DNA of 64,000 nt from Mustelus asterias. Its lineage: Eukaryota. The stretch is taken from contig NC_135830.1 of assembly GCF_964213995.1 (NCBI RefSeq), forward strand, positions 7,378,001 to 7,442,000. Reading direction: 5' to 3'. Position 1 is the stretch's first letter. Each line of letters opens with the position of its first letter. Positions 10,903 through 23,257 of the stretch are shown one piece after another. The position numbers were made by a program, and so were the translations under genes. Under the pieces are notes generated by a model. That model was not told the DNA's origin, made no database searches, and saw nothing but the letters and a program-made list of their open reading frames with translations.

Positions 10903-12244
10903 TGCTCCAGAGAAAAAAGTCCAAGGCTATCCATCCTCTCCTTATAACTCAAAATATCTGTCCCGGCATCATCCGAGTAAATCTTTTCTGCATTCCTTCT
11001 CGTTTAATAATATCCTTTCTATAATAGGGTGGCCAGAGTTGTACACAGTATTCCAAGTGTGGCCTTACCGATGTCTTGTACAACTTCAACAAGACTCCCA
11101 ACTGCTGTGTTCAATGTTCTGGCCAATGAAACCAAGCATGCTGAATGCCTTCTCTCTCACTCTTTCCACCTGTGACTAAACTTTGAAGGAGCGATGAACT
11201 GTACCCCGAGATATCTTTTTTTCTAAAACTCTCACCAACGCCCGTCCATTAATTGAGCAAGTCCTGTCCTGGTTCGATCTACCAAAATGCATCACCTCGC
11301 ATTCATCTAAAACAAACTCCATTTGCCATTCATCAGCCCACGAGCCCAGTTGATCAAGATCCCGCTGCAATCCTCGATAACCTTCTTCACTGTGCACAAT
11401 GCCTCCAATCTTGGTGTCATCTGCAAACTTACTAACCATGCCTGCTAAATGCTCATCAAAATCATTAAAATAAATGACACATAACAGTGGAACCAGGACC
11501 GACCCTGAGGCGCACCGCTGGTGACAGGCCTCCAATTTGAAAGCAACTCTCTACAACCAGCCTCTGTCTTCTGTCATCAAGCCAGTTTTACATCCATTTG
11601 GCTACCTCACGCGGAATACCGTAAGATTTAACTTGATGCAACAACCTGCCATGCGGTATCTTGTCAAATGCCTACTAAAGTCCATGTAGACAACATCAAT
11701 TACACTGCCCTCATCGACCTTCTTGGTTACCCTTTCAAAAAACTCAATAAAAATTCGTGAGACATGATTTTCCACTCACAGAGCCATTCTGATCAGTCCT
11801 TGCCTCTCTAAATGCCTCCGGATCCTGTTTCTCAGACTGCCTTCGAACAACTTACCCACTACAGATGTGAGGCTCAGCGACCTGTAGCTCCCACGCTTCT
11901 CCCTGCAACCCTTTTTAAACAGAAGCACGACATTTCCCACCCTCCAGTATTCAAGCAGATCACCTGGGCTTTCGATGATTCAGATATCTCTGCAAGGGGT
12001 CCTGCTATTTCCCCCGAGTCTCCCATAACGTGGGAGGTCGTCTGAAGGAATGAGGTCCTCTCAATTCGTGTCTGCAAGCAGAGTCAACCATTGAAAATGT
12101 TTCGATTTACTTGTGAGCCTGCTATGGTGTTAGATTGTGCTCAGGTTCTCAACCCAAAGCCCATGTGAAGCAATCCCGCCGTGTGCAAGGAAAATAAATT
12201 TACAGAACCAGTACCTTGTCCAATATGCAACAGAAGCAAAATGT

Positions 12245-12334
12245 GGGCTTGTCCGGGATTTGAACACGGGACCTCTCGCAAGCTTGTGAATTTCAACACC
12301 CAAAGCGAGAATCATACCCCTAGACCAACGAGCC
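12245..12334 (-). tRNA. tRNA-Pro(TGG) with an 18-nt intron-like insert at position 37/38 (12281-12298)
   Basis: GGCTCGTTGGTCTAGGGGTATGATTCTCGCTTTGGG[TGTTGAAATTCACAAGCT]TGCGAGAGGTCCCGTGTTCAAATCCCGGACAAGCCC; one acceptor and one T-stem mismatch. Confidence 0.8.
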
Positions 12335-12774
12335 TTCGTTGCAGAGATCTGCCAAAATAATTATATTTTCATTGTCATCCAAAATAGATCATATATCTGC
12401 ATTGAAAGTTGAAAATGCTGGAATCGCTCAGAAAGTCAGAGAGCGTGTGTGCACAGAGAAACAAAGCTTATCTTTCATCTCTCTACCCTTTCACTGAAAC
12501 TGGGGATGTTTAAAAATGTAGAACGTTTTGCGCAAATGAGATGCAGGAGGGAGGAAACATAACATCCTGTTGGGTGGAAGTCAGGAGATGTGAGATGACG
12601 GAAACAGAGAATCACAAAGCGATTAACCGCATAATGAGGCCGTTCCGAAGTTCTTTCCAGGACACACATGTGCTGTGGATAAAGGGGAACCGGTGGATGT
12701 AATGTACATAGATTACACTGGAGCCACATTGATGAGGTTGGTGGGTCTTGAGTTTTGAAAGTTCCACTCAGTAA

Positions 12775-13180
12775 TATAGAAACAAAGGAATCAGGAGCTC
12801 AAGTCGGCAAATTCAGCCCTTCGAACCTGCTTCGTCATTCAATCAGATCATGGCTGATCTCTCCCTGGTCTCAAGTCTACTTTCCCATCTGTTCTTCTTT
12901 CCCCTTTAAACATTTTTTGAAACATCAGAAATATATCTATCTCCTTTTGAAACCATTCAATCTTTCAGAACCCACCACGCTCTGGGGCAGCGAGTTCCAG
13001 AGATTCACCACTCTGCGAGAACACTCTCTGCGAGAAGTACTTCCTCCTCATTTCAGGTTTAAATCCACCGCCTCTCAACCTATACCTGCGTCTTCTTGTT
13101 CTACATTGCCCCATAGAGGAATCATTTGGTCGACGTTTATTCCATTAGTTCCCTTTAGACTTTTGTACACCTCGATAACT
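12775..13180 (-). mobile_element. CR1 3'-end fragment
   Basis: GAGTTCCAGAGATTCACCACTCT is the reverse complement of the QRVVNLWN region; paralogs near 41720 and 50720. Confidence 0.7.
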
Positions 13181-13359
13181 TCAGCAACTTGTGAGACTAT
13201 TTCACCTCGCTGTCGACTTCATGTCCTGGCAAACACAGTGGGTGTTGTCATTCGCTGAAGGAACCAATTATGTCCCATCTAAACAGGATATTCTGAAGGA
13301 AATACTTGTCGCTGATGAAAATGATCTGAGATGAAAATAATAAGCAAAGAGATGTATTT

Positions 13360-13655
13360 TAAAGTTTATTTAGTCATGTGACAAGAAGGCTTGCATTAAC
13401 ATTTCAATGAAGTTGCTGTGAAAATCCGGTGGTCACCACTCTTGGCTACCTGTTTAGGTAATTAGCAGAAGAATCAGCATAACCAATCCAAATACCGTGA
13501 GCATCTTTGGACTCTGGGAAGAAACCAGAGCATTCGCAGGAAACCCACACAGAAACACGAAGAACGTGCAGACTCCACACAGACAATGATCCAAGCCAAG
13601 CATCGAATGCTTGTCTTTCGCACTGTGAGGTAGCAGTACCAAACGCTACACCACC
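13360..13655 (-). mobile_element. tRNA-headed SINE (V-SINE type)
   Basis: AGCATCTTTGGACTCTGGGAAGAAACC...GCAGACTCCACACAGAC...CACTGTGAGGTAGCAGT. Confidence 0.75.
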
Positions 13656-14039
13656 GTCCCATAGGGTACGTCAGTTTAAAAATACAGTTCACCCGTTACC
13701 CTTGGAGTCCAGTGGTTTGTGTAAGTAACCCCCGCCGCCCCCCCCCCCCACCCCCACCCCATCCCCGGGTTATGTTTGCTTTCAATTCCCGCTCAGGAAA
13801 AGAAGAATCATTTGCCGTTTCCAATTTTGAGGATCACGGACAGGGTGAACGGAAAGCACCTCTTCCCCTTGGTTGCGAAGTTAATCGTTGCTCTCAGCAA
13901 ATGGTTAAAAGTAATCTGATTTAAACTCTGATGTAAAGCAGATCAGTAGAATCAGCAGAGTGAAGTTTGCAAGTTTACTTCAGAGGTGGAAATGTCAAGA
14001 ACAAACTCAGAAAGAGAAGAACAGTGAGAGATTGTAATG

Positions 14040-14205
14040 AGTTGGAGCTGCTGGCATTGTGCGGTGGGCACAGAAATAAATCTAATAACACCAGGATAAA
14101 GTCCAATAGCTTTATTCGGAATAAATAGTTCAAAGAAGCAGCGCTCCCTAAGCTGGTGATTCCAAATAAACCTGTTGGACTTTAACCTGGTTGTTGTGAG
14201 ACTTC
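14040..14205. mobile_element. Palindromic Penelope-derived element (family A)
   Basis: AACACCAGGATAAAGTCCAA / TTGGACTTTAACCTGGTTGTTGTGAGAC inverted arms; same terminus as the Penelope element at ~59930. Confidence 0.7.
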
Positions 14206-14932
14206 TAAAAGTAATAGATTACAAATCGCTGAGGACAGCGATGGTGAAGCAAGGTAAAATCTGGAAGAGAATGGATCAGATTTCACCGTTTATACTGACA
14301 CTGAATTATAAAACTTTGAAAATTATCTCACTCTGTAATGAACAATCTTTGGAAATATTTATGTCCGGTGTCGCACCCTCGGAACCAAACGTGATGACTG
14401 CAGTGGAGCGTTTGTTGTCATTATCTGAACACATTCAATTATGGATGATGACAAAATAACAAATAGAACGTGGATAAATCAAATTGTAAAACACGCTGCA
14501 AGATGCTTGTCTGGGGGTTAGAGTTTGACACTTTCACTGCTGTTTTAATTGCAGGTCAGAAAATGAAGATTTATTGCTCTCGTCCGAACCGTGAAAATAA
14601 ATATAGGATATTTCCTGGAAGAACAGAGAAATCTCAGTCTCACTTCGTGTCCGTCCTTTCTGAAGTGAAGACCGTGATCAAATACAACAGGACGTTTTAT
14701 TTTCATTTCGCAGGAGATTGGGAAACAGGCGAGGTTAAGGTAGTTTAAATGGTGCCGACCCTTCACTGCAGCTCATTTTGTTTCAGACTGGAGATGGATT
14801 CTATTTGTTACACAGTTCAGGATTACCAGATTCAGTGAAGGAGCAGATTAAAGCCTTCTGATGGCCTTTCCCAGCTCCGTTGCTTCTAATGTATTTCAGT
14901 AACAAAATCAGTAAATAACACGCTTACCATGT

Positions 14933-15017
14933 TGTTTAGCGTGGCCGAGTGGTCTACGGCGCTGGATATAATACTCTAGTTTCTGCAGAAAAGTTCCTTC
15001 GAATCCCATCGTTGACA
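14933..15017 (+). pseudogene. tRNA-Leu pseudogene
   Basis: TAGCGTGGCCGAGTGGTCTACGGCGCTGGAT...TTCGAATCCCATCGTTGACA; upstream flank paralogous to the intact Leu at 58759. Confidence 0.7.
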
Positions 15018-15949
15018 GAATTGTTGTTTGCTTTGGCCCTTGCAGCTGAAGATAAACAGCTCAGATTGAATGTAGCAGTGTGGGCGGTGTCGTTCCTGGT
15101 AGGAAAAAAGAGGAGGAACAGTGCCAATTAAACAGTTGTTGGGGTAATGGAGAATGTGTGCAAGGAGTGTAGTTGCTCCTATAGGGGGAACATACGGATA
15201 CACCGGCTGAATGACTGGCTGCCGATATAAGCAACAGTGAGACTGTATTCCCGGCCCAGGGGTTAAGTTCTGGATAAAAGCAAATTACTGCGGATGCTGG
15301 AATCTCTGAAAAGGAGTCATCTGGATTCGAAGCTACAGCTCTTTTCTCTCCTTACAGATGCGACCTGACCTGCTGAGGTTTTCCAACATTTTCTCATTTG
15401 GTTCCAGGGAGAAATGTGATGAATTTAGATTTTCCAAGTGAAGTTCAAATCCTGTCATGTACGCTTCCCATCATTCCTCATTGTGACTATGTTTTTAGGG
15501 AAAGTTATTTGAATTAAAGCAATGGGTACGGAGATGATCATCTCATTACCAATGTGTCACATCAGCTTCCCTGAGAGCATAATGACCAGGATTCGGCGCA
15601 GTGGCCCCACGTTCAATTTCCAGTCATGGAGTCAATCATCTTTTGTTCAATTCTTCATTTAATGAAAACACGACTCACAGCGCCTGTGAAGGGAGAAACA
15701 AGGTTAATCTTCCAGCTGGATGAACTTGTATCAGAGCTGGAAAAATCAAAGGTGTAACTTTGACAATAAACTCTGAAGAAGAGTCAGATGATACACACGA
15801 CGCACATGTCAAATCTTGCCATTTTCAAGTTGCATCTTTTAACTTGCTTCCCCTGTGACTGAGGGAAGTGCAGTTGACGTAGTTTGTTTTGTTCGAGCAA
15901 AGCACTGAGAAGGTCCCACAAGGGAGACTGATTGAGAATATAGAAGCAC

Positions 15950-17055
15950 TTGGAATTCAGGAAACTGGGCGAGATGGATCGGAAAATGTCTTCATAATTG
16001 GACACATAGGGTAGTGGTAGAAGTCCGTTCTAATTAATGGAGGTGAGAGCACAGTGGCCTACGAGAGGTTTCAGTGCTGAGACGCTTTTTGTTTGTTACA
16101 TGCATAAATAATATAGATAATAATTTGAGGGGAATTGTAAGAAGTTTGCAGCTGGTACAAAGATTGTTGGCGTGGTTAATATTGAAGACGAAAACCCTAT
16201 GTTAAAAGAAGATCTCGATAGGTTGGTCAGATGGAACGAACAGTGGCAGATGGTGTATTAACCTGATAAGTGCGAGGTGATGCACTTTGGAAGAAATAAT
16301 AACACAGGTGACTATTTCATGAATCGCAGGACATTAGGAAGCTCAGAGGAACATGTGGATTAGGAATACTAATAAACAGATCCCTGAAGGTGGCAGAGCA
16401 GTTGAATAGGATAGCTACAACGGCATAAGGGACACTTGTTTTTATCAGTCGTGGCACAGAATATAAGGGCAAGGAATTAACGTTGGTGTTGTATAGAGCG
16501 GTGGTTAGGCCAGTGCTGGAGTACTGTGCGCAGTTCTGGCCAGCTCACTATAGGAAGGATATGATTGCACTAACAGGGGAACAGAGCAGATTCACCAAGA
16601 TTTTTCCTGGGACGGAGCATTTGAGCGAAAAGGGGGAAGTGGATAGGGTTGGATTGTTTTCCTTTGAGCAGAGAAAGCTGAAGGAGTGCGGGGGCTGATT
16701 GTGGCATATAAGTTTGAGGTTCATGTACAGGGTGAAGGGAAAGCGTCTCTTCCCCTTTGTTGAGATGTTAATCACGAGGGGGCATAGTTTTAAGCTAAGG
16801 GGCTCGAGATTCGGCAGGTATTGTTTTCACGAAGAGGTTGTTGGGCATGTGCAGTACAGCGCCTGCGAAGGTATTATTGGAGGCCAGAAAAGTTACAAAC
16901 TTTAAAAAGTATCGGAATGAACACTTGAAACATAATAGCATTCAAGGATATGGGACACGTGCTAGAAAATGGGATTAGCGGGATGTTCGTGGCAGTTATT
17001 GTTGTTGTACACTCGATGGGCCAAACCGTCCCTACTGCGCTGTACGACTCTATGA
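15950..17055 (+). mobile_element. Degenerate CR1 LINE 3' portion
   Basis: LYRAVVRPVLEYCAQFW and TRGHSFKL motifs, frameshifted. Confidence 0.85.
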
Positions 17056-19967
17056 CTAAGCACAGTTCACGGTGAGGAGAAATGCAACATGTCCTCTGTC
17101 AGTGACCAACGCCTCTGCTGATAATCCGACCTATCAAGGAAAAAAAAGGCACAACCAAACTGAGGAGAAACTGTGATAATGCGGGGATTGCGGGAAGGGA
17201 TTCAAGTAACATAAAGAATGAGAGAAATAAATGGGGGGAAAAGCGCGGAAGAAAATAAGACAGAGATTAATATATCAAATGTTGAACTCAATTTTGATTT
17301 CTCCTGGCTTTATCGTGTCCCCTTTTCATTTGATAATAACGTATTATATTTCTATTTCAGTTCAGATGAAAGGTCAGAGAGCTGTCATCTGATCATCTGT
17401 TTCTCTCTTCACAGAGCCGAGTCTGATCTGCTGAGGACATGACATTCACAGTTTTACATTCCAGTCTGGTGTGGATTGATAATGAGAAGCTCCTTTAATT
17501 GAGAAAAATAAATGTATTTGGGTTCTGACTTGAAACAAAATAAGCCGCACTCGTGAGTGAAATAAACATTTTCTGATTTGATGATGTCAGTCAAACCGAG
17601 CTTAAAGAGTTAGGACGTTGTATTTGCATATTTTCAATCCACCAGGACTATTCCTGCATCGAGGGAATTTTACACTATTGAAGCCAATATATTGGTAGCC
17701 ATTCTAATTTCGGTTCAGTTGCAAACCGAACTTCTTGCACAGGTCCCACAGTCTCCCAAAACAGTCCGAGTGTCCGCGAAGTCTGAAGTCCACAATTCTG
17801 CATCTATTCTCCAGACACACATTCTTCTCAACTACCCGCCTATTTCTAAACTCACTAACACGTGGCACCGGAGTAAGCCTGAGATGGCGAACTTCTTTTT
17901 TTTGTTTGATCTACTTCTTGGCTCCATGAGCACTGTTTGCAGGATTTCCTCGCTTGTTATCTTATTTTGTTCAATTCAATACTCATTACGATTTTTGTAT
18001 ACCACCTCCAGCCTCCTCCTCCCCCCCCCTCGCCCCCCCCCCCATGATCCCCCCTCTCCCCCCTCCAACCGCCAATCCTCCCCCCCAACCCCTCCACCTT
18101 CAGAAAAAGTTGCAGTCCTTTAGTGACATTCTGACCCTGGTACGAGGGAGGCAGCACACCATCCCAGAAATGTAAGTCTTTTCCCCTTAGAATTGAATCC
18201 CTTCCTCTATAGCAATGTCATTTTCCTCCTCCCCTATTGTGCAGCAGACACATGCATGTTGCCGCGACGTTGACTGTCACTGCTTTCCCCGGCGCAGTAA
18301 GCCCCCCACCCCCGCTCCACCACGAAGTAAACAGCAGAGCACCCCCTCCCCCACACCACGAAAGAAACAGTAGCCAAAACGTTATATCTGCTCGATGCCC
18401 ACAGGCGACTCCTGAACTACCTTCCTTCCTCTACTCCGCCTAGCGGTCACCCATGGGCTTTCTGCCTTTTCAACCTTCACCTGCGGTGTGGTTACATTCG
18501 GAACATGTTATCGACGACTTGCTCAGTTATGCGAATGCTCCACACTGAACCTCCTCAGCCTCAGCTTCGAAATGTGGTTAGCCAGTAGCTACATTTGGAC
18601 ACGCCTCCTGAACACGTGGTCACTCGTGACACCTGAAACTTGCACTGTTGCCATATCGAACAATCGAAGCATAGGAGAGGTGCAAGCTCTCCTGCCATGA
18701 CTACCCTTAACCCCATCCGTCTAGCCCCCAACCGCTCCACGCTCTCCCCCACCCCATCACACCTCCACCTCCCGCCCCGCCATCACACCTCCACCTCCCG
18801 CCCAATCATACACACACACACACAGAACACACACACAAAGCCGCAACAACGCACCAATTGGCTGCCTGGACACGTCAGAAAAGTTAGCTGGCAATCGCAG
18901 TTTGCATGTTGCGTATGGGATTCATGGTCATGTGTTGGTAAATACGGTAATAGGATGTATCAAATTGATTGAATGTGTAGCGCACATTTCCGTACAGTAT
19001 GGTATTTGGACGCAATATTGAGCACAAACATGCCTTCTGATCTTCACTTTGATTGCTAGCCTAGAAAGATATCCGCCAATCTATTGCTTTTGCTCATGGT
19101 CCTTCAAACGAATGAGCATTTCCGGCGATTATCACCGTTTTATTTCATTGATGTTTTTTTTCGATTTTTCTCTAATATTTATTCCCCTCATTTGGGACGC
19201 CTGGCTCCTCGCGTTGTGCTCTTGGACCAATGAATGCCCCGATTCCATTTAATGGAAAATCAAAAGTGAACTGTTTCTGTCAGAACGGCAGGCCTGGGTT
19301 GGCGGGGGGGGGGGGGGGGGGGGCGGGGGGTGCGGCGGCTTGTGGGGGGGGGGGGGGCGGTTGTTTCCCCCAGCAGAGTAGCCTTGGTTGATGAATATAA
19401 CCAGAAGACAATTGCAATGTTCATAGCCTGGGGCCAGTTAACTCAGGAAATACATATCTGGACATTCCCCCATTTTAATTTTACTCAGAATGGAGTTCAT
19501 CGCTAAATTTCAGTGGATAAATGAATAAGAACCCGCGTTTTTATTTATATATCTGTGTCAGTGTGTTTTCCGTATGTGTGTCTTTTCTGTGTATGTGTGT
19601 GTGTGTGTGCGCGTGTGTCTGTCTGTATCTATGTGTTTGACTGTGTGTCTGCGTGTGCCTGACTGTATGTGGATGTCTGTGTGTCTTTGTTTGTGTCCCT
19701 GTGTTTGTGTCCCTGTGTTTTGTGAGTTTCTGTGTGTGTCTGTGTATAACTGTACCTAATTTTATCTGTAATAGAGAACCTATGTGGCGAAAGAGAGAAT
19801 ATGTTTTTGTGATTGTGTGTGAAGAGAGAGAGACAGATAATGCGCGTATTTTTGTCTGTAAGAGTGTATGCGTTTGAGAGAGAGAGAAATTGTGCTCAAA
19901 ACGTGTTTCATTTTAATCAAAAACACATCTAAAAATTATGTTTATCACATTCTGTTATTTTTTCCAG

Positions 19968-20275
19968 CGCACAGCCAGCTGGATGAACTTTTCCTAAAGC
20001 CCACAGTAGTAGCAGTGAGTGAAGGGGGTACTGTGGTGTTGTGCTGTCACTACCCCGCCACATACACAGCAGCTTACCTATATTGGTACGTACAGTACTC
20101 GGGACAGGGCCATCAGTACATGCTGTTCAGACATACTGCTGGTAATGAAGAGAACGCGCCGGCATTTGGAAAGCGGCTTTTTGCTGTATAGGATGAAATG
20201 ATCACAAACATCCCTTTGAACATCACAGACACTCAGCTTTCTGACTCAGCCATGTATTACTGCGCGGCGATGAAG
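19968..20275 (+). pseudogene. T-cell receptor alpha/delta-type V segment 1 with in-frame TAG (20189-20191)
   Basis: Acceptor TTTTTCCAG at 19967; reads ..EGGTVVLCCHY..YLYWYVQYSGQG..KRLFAV*DEMITNIPLNITDTQLSDSAMYYCAAMK, with the V-domain Cys, Trp and DxAxYYC hallmarks. Confidence 0.88.
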
Positions 20276-20314
20276 CACCACGTTACATCGAGCCTTAACA
20301 CTCGTACAAAAGCT
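20276..20314 (+). promoter_or_regulatory. 23-RSS of V1 (degenerate heptamer)
   Basis: CACCACG + 23-nt spacer + ACAAAAGCT. Confidence 0.8.
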
Positions 20315-22052
20315 AACAATTCGAGGTGGTCTGTGGCATGACCGCATGGTGGATTTGTTAACACGCTCTTTCGGAGAATGTGCGCAGACGCGATGGGCCA
20401 AGTGGCCACCATCTGCACTGCAGGGATCGCATGCATTCCATGGATCCCGAATTGTCCTGAAAGTAAATGGCTTGCTGCTGGGTTCAGAGAGTAGTTAAGA
20501 GTCAATCTGGAGTCGCATGTCGGTCAGGTTAAGGGGAGATGGCGATGTCCTCCCCTGACGCCCTGAAGGACATTGCTGAGTAAATTAATTTTCCATGTCA
20601 AACGATGGAAATTCACGGTCACCATTATTGATATTAATTTTAAATCACTGACTTTGTTAATATAACATTTACCAGTTTCAAATGTTAGAATTGAATCAAT
20701 TGGTGTGGAAGATTAACATGGCCCTCTGACTAATTAGCGGTGACATTGTCACGTACCCACTGTTTCCTCTGTAAGGGATGTTATTTTCCAGACATTGCAA
20801 CAATGACTGCATTGTGAAAGTACCGCATTGGCTGTCACATGCTTTAGGATAACTGGTGGTGCTGAAATTTATTTGTTTCCAGTTTCCAATTCTCCAGAAT
20901 GGCTAAACTTTCAATGATTTATCTGAGGAATTTGCTGCTGATAATGAACACTATAAAGCGCTGAAGGTTTATCTTAGTCTCTAACTCTGACGTTACACAA
21001 CGTGTTGGTGTTTCATATGCCCTATTAAAACAATTCCCCTTCTCTGTTCTGATCTTCATTACTCCACTTTAATTTTCAATTGCTTCAAATTGAATTTAAT
21101 AATTTGATCATCAGAATGAACTTGGAGCGGAAATCTGTGATCTCAGTAGCATTTGCAGGAGCTGAACATTTTTCTATGAATCATCTTCAGCAGAGAATTA
21201 CACATCCTTACATTCGGTCACTGTTTCTATCAGGAGTTACATGTAGATGAGAAAATGCCGTTAGAACCGGATATGCACCTGTATCTGACTGAGGTAACTG
21301 GGACCGCAACTGTCAATCTCAGGTGATGGCAGCAGCGAGAAGCTCCACCTCCCGAGCTCGCTTTATAATAACGTTAGCGGTTAAACTGACAACGGTGCAC
21401 TTTCTTTTCTCAAGGAATCTTCATTCGGGTAAAGGTGACAAAGTGAGCATTTCATTAATTGGACGACTGATTTTGCAAGTTATGGTCACAGCGAGGACGT
21501 AAGGTAAAAAAAAATCTGCTGAATAAGTGCTAACTGAAAGTTTAACAGAATTGTCCATAAGTGAAACTATAAACTTATAAATCCCTTTGAATTTGTGAAA
21601 TCTTAATCCCGGATTCTAAAAGTCCTGCATGAACTAAACATTCATAAAAGATCCGTTATTTATCATATATTCCCTGCACTTTATCAATGTGTGTCACATT
21701 CTGTGTTCGCTATGTCGTACATGTGAATTCTAATATATTGCTGTTAAATTAAAGCAATTCGAACCTTCAGCAGTGTCAGTGATTACTGTGCGTTCACACA
21801 CACTCAGTGTGTGAATCGCAGCATTGTACATTGATGCCATTGAATGATAAATGTTACTTCCTTCTGAATATCATTATCCCGTTTGAAATTTCAATCTTTG
21901 CAGTTTGTGCGATTGGATCAGTTACTGTCCGATTGCCAGGAGACTGGCGGCTGTCCCCGACGAAAAACACTGAATGTTATGACATATGAGCGGGAACAGG
22001 AGGAGACACCGAGCCTCACTACGGATAGAACTTTGTTTCCCATTTCATCCAG

Positions 22053-22359
22053 GTTTTAGTCAGGAATTCTCTGTTACCCAACGCCGTCCAAAAGTGATTA
22101 GGACAGAAGGAGACATTACAACTTTAAACTGCATCTACTTTACGACAGAAAATTCCTTCAGTTTATTCTGGGTCCGACAATTCCTTGGGAGAGAACCTCA
22201 AATACTAAATCGCAGATTTTCGGCTGGTTACGAAATTAAAGCGGATTTTGCTCGAAGCCGTTTCTCCTCTGGGCTGGACAGTTCGAGTGGAAACTTTACC
22301 TTAACCGTCTCCAAACTGCGGCTCTCTGATACAGCCATGTACTACTGCGCACTGACTCT
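22053..22359 (+). CDS. T-cell receptor alpha/delta-type germline V segment 2 (open V exon)
   Basis: Acceptor TTTCATCCAG at 22052; reads FSQEFSVTQ..EGDITTLNCIY..LFWVRQFLGREPQ..RFSSGLDSSSGNFTLTVSKLRLSDTAMYYCALT with no stop. Confidence 0.9.
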
Positions 22360-22398
22360 CACAGCGATACCAACCTGTTCAATACTCGTACAATAACT
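22360..22398 (+). promoter_or_regulatory. 23-RSS of V2
   Basis: CACAGCG + 23-nt spacer + ACAATAACT, close to consensus CACAGTG/ACAAAAACC. Confidence 0.9.
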
Positions 22399-22704
22399 GG
22401 AGGGTATGTGACATGTAGCTGAGCTCTACGTGCGGCTGGGCAGACTCACAATGAGTGGAATATTAATGGATATTAGGCACGAAATCAAGTGAAATACTAA
22501 AAATTATTATTTTTTAATCTTAGGGAGCGGTTGATTTTATATGTGTTTCAATGCATAATGACGTTTCTTCGATTAATGCAAGACTGGGTGAGCAACCTCC
22601 CAATAAATTGGAAGCATTTCCAGGCGGTTATGGAAGTTCATCTCACTCGCAGTCAGATTTTCTGGTTGGATGGTTGTTTCGTTGGCCAGTAATGTTACAG
22701 CAGT

Positions 22705-22950
22705 AAGCTTGCACGTTCCCCCCGTCTCTGCGTCGGTTTCCTCCGGGTGCTCCGGTTTCCTCACACAAAGACGTACACGCTTGGTGGATTAGCCATGGTA
22801 AATTGGACCCCATTGTCCCAAGATTTACCATGTGTGCGGTTTCTGGGTTCCGGCGGGGCGAGGGCTCTGTCAGGGAGTTGTTGCATTGAAAAGATGCTCT
22901 GTCAAAGTCGGCGCAGCCTCAATGGGACCAGTGCCCTCCCTTTGCTCTGT
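22705..22950 (+). mobile_element. V-SINE-type SINE, 5'-truncated
   Basis: GGTTTCCTCCGGGTGCTCCGGTTTCCTC core. Confidence 0.75.
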
Positions 22951-23257
22951 CTGGCTACTATGATTATATGAACGCCGTAATTGACAGCTCAGCAATGTCA
23001 AAATACGCGACCGGCTGAACAGCCGTTTCTGTGTCACTATGATGGGCTACCTGCCCCTGTGAAACATGACTATTTCTGCTAATACGGCTTTGGATGTAAT
23101 GAAATGCTGTTGATTTGGGGGCAGTGTCTTCTGAGTTTTTAGCATATTAATGTCAGCGCATAACAACACATTGTTCTCACACTTGCTGTTGCTGCCACAT
23201 TGAATGGAAAACGTCAAATGCTTTGAGTGACCATTTGCAGAGGGCGTCTGGGTTCTG

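Larger units (their letters stand above)
8781..12030 (-). mobile_element. Older CR1 LINE (RT region to 3' end), interrupted by a SINE and a younger CR1
   Basis: Segments 8781-9172 and 10903-12030 are colinear; SKFADDTKIGG in ORF 11176-11535. Confidence 0.85.
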
